Assembly: GCA_011620465.1 (NCBI GenBank)
Contig: WOZC01000171.1
Location: forward strand, 1-29,666
Reading direction: 5' to 3'
Origin: Anaerolineaceae bacterium
Lineage (GTDB): Bacteria; Chloroflexota; Anaerolineae; Anaerolineales; Anaerolineaceae
Length of the DNA: 29,666 bases
Below the pieces are notes generated by a model that was not told the DNA's origin, did not search any database, and was given only the letters and a program-made list of their open reading frames with translations. Below are positions 23,538 to 29,666 of the stretch, piece by piece. The position numbers were made by a program, and so were the translations under genes. The first letter of the stretch is position 1, and every line of letters starts with the position of its first letter.

Positions 23538-25820
23538 TTGCAGGAAAGCCTGATTTTGCCTGACTTTTGCACGGCACCCTGGGTAAGGGGAAGCGAACCG
23601 GATATGATCCCGGAGCGTTCTCTACCGTTGGAACGTTATTTTCCTCCATTCAAGGAAGGCATGGTCAGGAATTGGGTCAGGCAATACGCTTCTCCTGGCT
23701 CTTATATCCTTGATCCTTTCGGACAGAATCCGTTTACTGCCTTGGAGCTTGCCAGAGCAGGCTATCGCGTGCTTGTCTCCGCCAATAACCCAATTGCCGC
23801 CTTCACACTGACCGTACTGGCTGGCGCTCCCACTGCCGAAATGGTCAGTCAGGCGTTGTTGCAATTGAATCAGAACCGGATGCGGGACGGCTCGACCCTG
23901 GAAGAGTATTTGAGCAACTTCTACCGGCTGGATTGCCCCAACCCGGACTGCCGGGGGGAATCCAGATTTGAAGTCGATACCTTCATTTGGGCTGAAGAGG
24001 GAAACAGTCCGCAACTCGCCATTGGTACCTGCCAGGATTGTGCTTGGAGCGGCGAGATCGAACTGACACCAGCCATACAAGAAAGTCTCGGCAGAACCCC
24101 GTCCTATGCGCTGACACGCTCCCAAATCCTGGAAAAAGTTGCTGCTCAAGACCCTCCGCTCAGACGCGTGATGGAAGATGTGATTGCCTATTACAGCCCC
24201 AGGGCACTGGTTGCCCTGCAAATCCTGTTAAGCAAAATTGAAACCAGTAATTTAACCCCACAACAATCAGAGGTCCTGAAAGCCATGTGGCTGACGGCAG
24301 CTGACCAGGCCAACCAACTTTGGGTCTGGCCCAAAGGCAGGAACCGACCAAGGCAGCTGATTCGTCCACCGCTCTACCAGGAAATCAATGTTTGGAAGGC
24401 GTTTTTGCGTTCTGCCAATCTCTGGACTCAAAACGATGAAGAGGTGAAACTGCGTGAATGGCCCAAGCGCGTCCCTCCTACCGGCGGGATCAGCTTGTTT
24501 GAGGGTCGCTTTCGGGAATTGGAAGAAATTCCGGAACCCGGGCTGATCAAACTGGTGCAAACCTCGCTGCCAAGGCGTAACCAGGCTTGGTGGAATCTCT
24601 CTGGTCTCTGGAGCGGCTGGCTTTGGGGTAAAGAAGGCATAAAAACACTGCGCAATAGCCTCTTGAAACAACGTTATGACTGGACCTGGCACAGCGTCGC
24701 CCTTAAAAAAGTATTGGCACAGTTTCCCGGGTTAATTGGGAAGGATGTGCCGGTTTTGCTCTTGACCAGTGAGTTGGATCCTCTTTTCTTGCTTGCTGGT
24801 ATGTTGGGAGCCAAAAACGCCGGGTTGCAGCTGCATTCTGCCGCCATTGACGGTGAAAACGAGACCCTGCAGTGCGTCTGGCGGCTGCCGACAGTACAAC
24901 CCTCGCTCTTCACCAGGATCCCCCAGGTAAACATCAGGAAGAGTGGCAGGACGATTCTGAGCCAATTAGGCGAGCCTGCACATTGGTTGAGGTTACTGAC
25001 CTTTTCGGTTGCCGACCAATTGGTTCGAGGGAACCTGGATGACCGACCCAGGCAAGACGAGATGTTGAATGATCTGGAAAGCGAATTTGCAACTGCCCTA
25101 AATGATCCGGTGATTTTTCAGCGATTCAACCCTGGTTCAACGCCAGAAGCAGGTTTATATTGGCTCACCAAGCCGCCCATCGAATCTGACAGCTTGGCGG
25201 ATCTCGCTGAACAGGTGATTGTCACCGAGCTGCAAACCAAGACTGCACTGACATTTGGTGAACTTTATACGGCACTTTATGCAAGTCTGAGCGGCATGCT
25301 GACACCGCCTGATGAGTTGGTCCTTGCAATTGTTGAATCCTACGCGCAAGAAGAAAAGTTGGAAACAGGCACAGCTTATCGCATCCATCCCCGGGAAAGC
25401 GCTACAGCACGAGATGAGGACTTGAGCCAGGTAAAATTGCTTCTGGAACAGATGGCAGACAAACTTGATTATCGCCGCGAAAGTCGACCTGACCGGGTCC
25501 TTTGGATGGATCAGAGCGGGACGCCGCTTTATAGTTTCTTCCCCATCGCAAGTGCTCAAATCTCAAAGATTCTAACGATGAATCAGGACCTGCCAGGACA
25601 AAAATTCATTGTCCTGCCTGGAAGCCGTTCCAACCTGATCGCCTACAAACTCAAACGAGATCCCAACCTTCGCTTGCTGAAAGGTGACAAGTGGCAGCTG
25701 GTCAAATTCCGCCAGTTGCGCAACCTTGCCGGCAACCCCCTCTTGAATCGGGAACTCTTCAATTCGCAAATCAGCGGCGACCCTCCAGAATATTACACTG
25801 CCCAGTTAGCACTCTTTTAA
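23538..25820 (+). CDS. Zn-ribbon DNA-methyltransferase-like protein with degenerate catalytic motifs
   Basis: TTG start with SD AGGAG overlapping the upstream stop. ILDPFGQNP...LELARAGYRVLVSANNPIA resembles motif I/II of COG1743-like MTases; CPNPDC and CQDC are present; there is no DPPY/NPPY. Confidence 0.6.
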   Translation: MQESLILPDFCTAPWVRGSEPDMIPERSLPLERYFPPFKEGMVRNWVRQYASPGSYILDPFGQNPFTALELARAGYRVLVSANNPIAAFTLTVLAGAPTAEMVSQALLQLNQNRMRDGSTLEEYLSNFYRLDCPNPDCRGESRFEVDTFIWAEEGNSPQLAIGTCQDCAWSGEIELTPAIQESLGRTPSYALTRSQILEKVAAQDPPLRRVMEDVIAYYSPRALVALQILLSKIETSNLTPQQSEVLKAMWLTAADQANQLWVWPKGRNRPRQLIRPPLYQEINVWKAFLRSANLWTQNDEEVKLREWPKRVPPTGGISLFEGRFRELEEIPEPGLIKLVQTSLPRRNQAWWNLSGLWSGWLWGKEGIKTLRNSLLKQRYDWTWHSVALKKVLAQFPGLIGKDVPVLLLTSELDPLFLLAGMLGAKNAGLQLHSAAIDGENETLQCVWRLPTVQPSLFTRIPQVNIRKSGRTILSQLGEPAHWLRLLTFSVADQLVRGNLDDRPRQDEMLNDLESEFATALNDPVIFQRFNPGSTPEAGLYWLTKPPIESDSLADLAEQVIVTELQTKTALTFGELYTALYASLSGMLTPPDELVLAIVESYAQEEKLETGTAYRIHPRESATARDEDLSQVKLLLEQMADKLDYRRESRPDRVLWMDQSGTPLYSFFPIASAQISKILTMNQDLPGQKFIVLPGSRSNLIAYKLKRDPNLRLLKGDKWQLVKFRQLRNLAGNPLLNRELFNSQISGDPPEYYTAQLALF

Positions 25821-25859
25821 TTGTGTTTTCCAGTTTGATCACAGTTGGAAGATAGAATA

Positions 25860-25902
25860 AGACCGCCTACAGACATTGGATAACAATTGTCTATAGCGGT
25901 CT
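25860..25902. terminator. imperfect long hairpin between convergent genes (terminator or REP-like)
   Basis: AGACCGCCTACAGACATTG / CAATTGTCTATAGCGGTCT; weak T-rich tail on the - strand. Confidence 0.5.
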
Positions 25903-25937
25903 CACTCAGATGGAATACTTAGTCCACCACAATCGGG

Positions 25938-28900
25938 TTATGGCTGCGCAGTGGGCTCGTCTGGCGGGGGAAGAGTCGGTGTGGCTGTCGGTTCCGGAGG
26001 AGGCGTCACAGTCACAGTTGGGGTCGTAGTCGCGGTTGGGGCCATGGTCGCGGTTGGGGTCATGGTCGCGGTTGGGGTTTGGGTGGGTGTTGGGGTTGGG
26101 ATATCCAACCGTAAGACCCATGTTTTCTGCACTTCTGTGTTGATCGTGCTGTGCATAGTAACCCTGAGCGTAATCACATCCGCATCAATATCAGTCAAAT
26201 CCCAACTTAGAATTTCTGCTGCTGATGTAATCGGATAAGTGATCCAATCCGGCGTAAGCGCATGCCATTCCGTTGGATCCGGTCCTTCACCCCAGTGAAT
26301 TTTGAACTGCTTGAAATTGGCTGTCGCGTCAATCACTCCTGCAATCACAAAGGGATTTTGGCTGATCACTTCATTGTCACTCACGCCAACCAAATCGATG
26401 ATCGGGCGGGGGTCATCCAGCCGGCATTCTCGCTCCGGCTTGACCACAATCGGATCCGGGAATCCATTGCTGCCAGCCCAATCCCGTCCAGGCTGAGTAC
26501 CCAGCCATTTGATGGCTGACTTATCTTCCACGTTAATGGTCAAAGCCTCTTTTGTGAAACCAGCGCAAGCTGGTGATGCCTGGAGATTCGTCCAGGAGTC
26601 AATCGAGGTCTTCAACCAAAGGTCCTGGTCTTTCGGCAACGGCTGCTGATCGGACGCAAAAATTTCTGTCTTATAGGTGGGGCAATACTCGCTTGGCTGC
26701 GCGCCTGAGACTGTACAGATCGTATAATCGACAACATCTGATGGGCGCGCGAACGGTGTGGCATTACCGCCTTTATATCGGTTGATCCCAGCTTTCATGA
26801 TTTGAGCCCAGATCGGGGCTGCCCCTTCCACACCCGTTGTGTTGATCATGGGGGTGTAATCGGCATTTCCTACCCAAACCCCTACAACCAGGTCGGGTGT
26901 ATATCCTAAAGTCCAGTTATCACGGAAATCATTGGTAGTGCCGGTTTTGGCAGCAGCAGCGAAGGGCAGATTCAAGACGGAGTTGTATCCAAACATCGGA
27001 GCACGGGCAGCCGAATCAGAAAGGATCGAAGAGATCAGGTAGGCATGAGCACTGCGAACGACCTGGTCGCCGGCAGGCGGTTGGTATTCGAAAAGCACGT
27101 TACCTTGATGGTCCACAACCTTGGTGATCGCCACTGGTGCTATCTTGCGCCCCTCGTTGGCAAGCACCTGGAAGGCACCAGTCATCTCAAGCAAACTGAC
27201 TTCACCTCCACCCAGGGTAAGCGAAAGTCCATAGTCCGAGCGGTTCAACGAAGTGATCCCAAGCCTGCGCGCGAGGTTGATGAAACCGTCTTGCTCGGGA
27301 GTGTTGGGATCGTCATAAATACCCACATATTCCAGCGTTTTGACTGCCGGGATGTTATAGGAATTTGCCAGGGCGTCCCGCACCAGGACCGGACCGTGAA
27401 AGCGACCATCATAGTTGACAGGTTCATAATCTGGGCTGGTATCGAAAGGATCCGTAGAGGGTCTGAACTCCGTGGGCACATCCCAGATGAGTGTCGACGG
27501 TGTCCAATCCTTCTCGAAAGCCGCCAGATATGTGAGTGGTTTGATCGACGAACCAGGTTGACGCGTATTGCTCAGTGCCATATTGACCTGCCCGCTGATG
27601 GCAGCGTTATTAAAGTCAGCTGAGCCGACCATGGAAAGGATTTCTCCGTTGGTTGGGTTCATGACCACGACTGCCCCATTAGTGGCATTCTTTCCGGTCA
27701 TTTGCGCCAGCTGATTGGTGACAGCCTGCTCTGCATCGCGCTGCATATCAGGGTCAAGGGTGGTATAAATGGTGAATCCTGAACGGTAAATCGTTTGAGC
27801 ATCAAATTGGGATTCGAGCAGCGACTGGATGAACACGACCCAATGCGGGAATTGCATGTCCATATCTTGTTTTGTGAATACATATGCTTCCAAAGCATCC
27901 GATGCTTCGATTGTCTGGATCGCATCCACGCAGACCGGCTCCAGGTTTTGACCAATATGAATACAACCGGTCTCATTACTGAGCTGGTACATCAACACCA
28001 ATACCGTCTTGAAACGGTTGATGGTTGCCTCGCGGTTGTTGTAAATGTCGTAAACAGCTGGCGTCTGGGGAATGCCCGCCAGGAATGCTGACTGCCACAG
28101 GTTCAAATCGGCTGCGGTAGTATTGAAATAGGTGGAGGCTGCTGCTTCGATGCCGTAAGAAAGATTGCCATAGAAAATTTCGTTGAGGTAAAGTTCAAGC
28201 ACCTGTTCCTTGGAATATCGGCGTGTAATTTCAGCCGCAAGAATGATCTCGCGGGCTTTTCGCTCATAAGTCTGATCGTATCGTTCATCAGTCAGCAGCA
28301 ACAGCCGGGCTAACTGCTGGGTAATGGTTGAGGCGCCGGAAACGATTTCCCCAGAGGTATAGTTGGAGTACAACGCCCGCGTCAGGGCAAGCAGGTCAAA
28401 ACCAGGGTGGTTGTAATATTCCTTATCTTCCGTGGCAATGGTGGCTGCGATCAGATAAGGAGAGATACGCTCGAGCGGCACATAGGTGCGCTTGCCAGCA
28501 TTAGGGTCGACAATTTCGTATAGGATGTTCCCGTTTCTGTCGAGAATATAGGTGGTCTCAAACTGGGAGGCGCGGGTTTGCAGCTCATCCACTGAGGGTA
28601 ATGTGCTGGCAATTTCCAAATACTTGGAAATAGCATAGATACCAACAGCAAGTATTGAAAGCAGTAGTATAACGATCGCAATGATAATACCCCGGCTCAA
28701 GCAGCCCTTTTTCTTTTTCGACTTGCGCGGTGGCACTGAGGTTTGTCCGCCTACAGGAGTTGGTTGGGTTTTTCCGCTTACAGGCTTTGGGGTTGGTTTG
28801 GCGGGAGCTGGAGAAGGTCTCTTTGGTTTGGCAACTACTACAGGCTGTGTTTCGTGCGGCACTTCTGTTCCAACAGGCGTAAAGGCAACCGCGCTGAGGG

Positions 28901-29447
28901 TTGTAGCCTGTGGGTCAACTACCTCTACAGGCCCTGGCAGGACAGCCTCGGGCAGAGGCTGGTTGGCATTCGTCTCTGGTGGAATAGTCTCAACAAGGTC
29001 GGAATCGGTTTCGGTTTCCATCACCATTGGTTCCAAAGCTTGTGTTTCCAGCTTTTTATTCTCTACATTCGTTATTTGGATGTCATCCTGAATGCTTGTT
29101 ACTTTCGTGTCATCCTGAACTTCCGTTGTTTGCTTGTCATCCTGAATGGAGTGAAGGGTCTCTCCATTATCCACCGCCCAATGACCGGTCTTGAATTCAT
29201 CGCCCGGGTTGGAGTAATTGTCCAAACCATTCAGTTCTTCGAGACTCAGCGGTGTTTCCACGTAGTTTTCCAACTCCGTAAACTGCAGCCCATCGGCTGT
29301 TTTGGGTTGGAGATCGCTCCCGCTCTCAGGAACCTGTGCCTGGGCTTCAGGTTCGTTGCCAGGGTTGGTATCATTCGATTCTTCACCCGTCCAAGGGGAC
29401 GGCGAGGTTGTGTTTTCAGGTTCAATTGGCTGATTGTTTTCCATCAT
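25938..29447 (-). CDS. class A penicillin-binding protein (GT51 transglycosylase + transpeptidase, PBP1A/1C-like) with long disordered N-terminus and T/P tail
   Basis: One TM helix; GT51 motifs EDKEYYNHPGFD, GASTITQQL, RKAREI and ELYLN; transpeptidase SSIK, SYN and KTGT. Confidence 0.96.
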   Translation of the reverse strand: MMENNQPIEPENTTSPSPWTGEESNDTNPGNEPEAQAQVPESGSDLQPKTADGLQFTELENYVETPLSLEELNGLDNYSNPGDEFKTGHWAVDNGETLHSIQDDKQTTEVQDDTKVTSIQDDIQITNVENKKLETQALEPMVMETETDSDLVETIPPETNANQPLPEAVLPGPVEVVDPQATTLSAVAFTPVGTEVPHETQPVVVAKPKRPSPAPAKPTPKPVSGKTQPTPVGGQTSVPPRKSKKKKGCLSRGIIIAIVILLLSILAVGIYAISKYLEIASTLPSVDELQTRASQFETTYILDRNGNILYEIVDPNAGKRTYVPLERISPYLIAATIATEDKEYYNHPGFDLLALTRALYSNYTSGEIVSGASTITQQLARLLLLTDERYDQTYERKAREIILAAEITRRYSKEQVLELYLNEIFYGNLSYGIEAAASTYFNTTAADLNLWQSAFLAGIPQTPAVYDIYNNREATINRFKTVLVLMYQLSNETGCIHIGQNLEPVCVDAIQTIEASDALEAYVFTKQDMDMQFPHWVVFIQSLLESQFDAQTIYRSGFTIYTTLDPDMQRDAEQAVTNQLAQMTGKNATNGAVVVMNPTNGEILSMVGSADFNNAAISGQVNMALSNTRQPGSSIKPLTYLAAFEKDWTPSTLIWDVPTEFRPSTDPFDTSPDYEPVNYDGRFHGPVLVRDALANSYNIPAVKTLEYVGIYDDPNTPEQDGFINLARRLGITSLNRSDYGLSLTLGGGEVSLLEMTGAFQVLANEGRKIAPVAITKVVDHQGNVLFEYQPPAGDQVVRSAHAYLISSILSDSAARAPMFGYNSVLNLPFAAAAKTGTTNDFRDNWTLGYTPDLVVGVWVGNADYTPMINTTGVEGAAPIWAQIMKAGINRYKGGNATPFARPSDVVDYTICTVSGAQPSEYCPTYKTEIFASDQQPLPKDQDLWLKTSIDSWTNLQASPACAGFTKEALTINVEDKSAIKWLGTQPGRDWAGSNGFPDPIVVKPERECRLDDPRPIIDLVGVSDNEVISQNPFVIAGVIDATANFKQFKIHWGEGPDPTEWHALTPDWITYPITSAAEILSWDLTDIDADVITLRVTMHSTINTEVQKTWVLRLDIPTPTPTQTPTATMTPTATMAPTATTTPTVTVTPPPEPTATPTLPPPDEPTAQP
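26011..26082 (-). repeat. 18-bp coding tandem repeat (about 4 units) encoding the PTAT(M/T) tail
   Basis: GTCGCGGTTGGGG-core units at 26029, 26047 and 26065, plus a degenerate unit at 26011. Confidence 0.85.
29081..29163. repeat. 27-bp coding tandem repeat (3 units); the third unit is a REP-like palindrome
   Basis: TGTCATCCTGAA occurs at 29081, 29108 and 29135 (exact 27-bp period) and encodes (I/V)QDD x3. Unit 3 continues as TGGAGTGAAGGGTCTC. Confidence 0.8.
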
Positions 29448-29472
29448 ATCTTTTCTTCCTTACTTGCCTTCG

Positions 29473-29481
29473 ATTTTAACA
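29473..29481 (-). promoter_or_regulatory. extended -10 promoter of the PBP gene
   Basis: TGTTAAAAT on the - strand, 25 nt upstream of the start codon; AAGGA SD. Confidence 0.5.
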
Positions 29482-29489
29482 TAAAGAGG

Positions 29490-29666
29490 CTAAGCCGGAT
29501 TTTCCCTCAACTCAATGCCTTTCCCGATTTTTTCCGATTCTTCTTTAGGAGCGATAACAAGACCTCCGTCTTGTAAATCGTATCTCTGTAAGCACCCCGA
29601 AACCGGTAAATCAGCGTCGCAATCTGCAGCTGTCGCTTGCGATTGTTCGGTTAGGTGTTCGGTTCG
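29490..29666 (-). CDS. possible 3' end of an upstream gene (...GKGIELRENPA*), truncated by the window
   Basis: One - frame is open for 58 codons from the edge to TAG at 29490-29492; no recognisable motif. Confidence 0.25.
   Translation of the reverse strand, partial: RTEHLTEQSQATAADCDADLPVSGCLQRYDLQDGGLVIAPKEESEKIGKGIELRENPA

Noticed and set aside
29081-29161. Reading the 27-bp periodic repeat as a mini CRISPR array
   Set aside because: The constant part is only 12 bp with 15-bp variable parts, it lies in frame inside a CDS, and there are no cas genes.
29493-29508. GAGGGAAAATCCGGCT resembling the RNase P RNA GAGGAAAGUCC motif
   Set aside because: The match is imperfect, and there is no room or complementary P4 partner before the PBP start.
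29645-29660. GTTC-N8-GTTC as a LexA box
   Set aside because: The spacing does not fit GTTC-N7-GTTC, and the inverted GAAC-N4-GTTC form is absent.

Overview
A chromosomal, mostly housekeeping window. Gene content and protein style suggest an Anaerolineae-type Chloroflexota genome (inference, not a database result). On the + strand, left to right: a MazG-like pyrophosphatase, a LOG-family protein and archaeal/eukaryotic-type proS with overlapping reading frames; an AlkD-like HEAT-repeat protein; a C39-peptidase lipoprotein with a small membrane protein; and modABC. On the - strand: an esterase; a divergent K+-independent membrane pyrophosphatase preceded by an uncharacterised internally duplicated protein; a lipoprotein with a cytochrome-c-like C-terminus lacking CxxCH; and the nusA-ylxR-infB-rbfA-nrnA-truB-ribF-thyX cluster, with no rimP but a rimP-leader-like attenuator. 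A GH13 alpha-glucosidase and a large methyltransferase-like protein with eroded catalytic motifs (+) converge on a 1169-aa class A PBP (-). I found no tRNA, rRNA, CRISPR array, transposase or phage gene. The strongest leads are: (1) the unknown protein plus atypical membrane PPase operon; (2) a REP-like palindrome apparently recruited in-frame into the PBP as a 27-bp tandem repeat, with a free relative at 7911-7939; (3) the pseudo-methyltransferase; (4) the heme-motif-less cytochrome-like lipoprotein. Family assignments come from motif recognition by eye and were not checked by any search.
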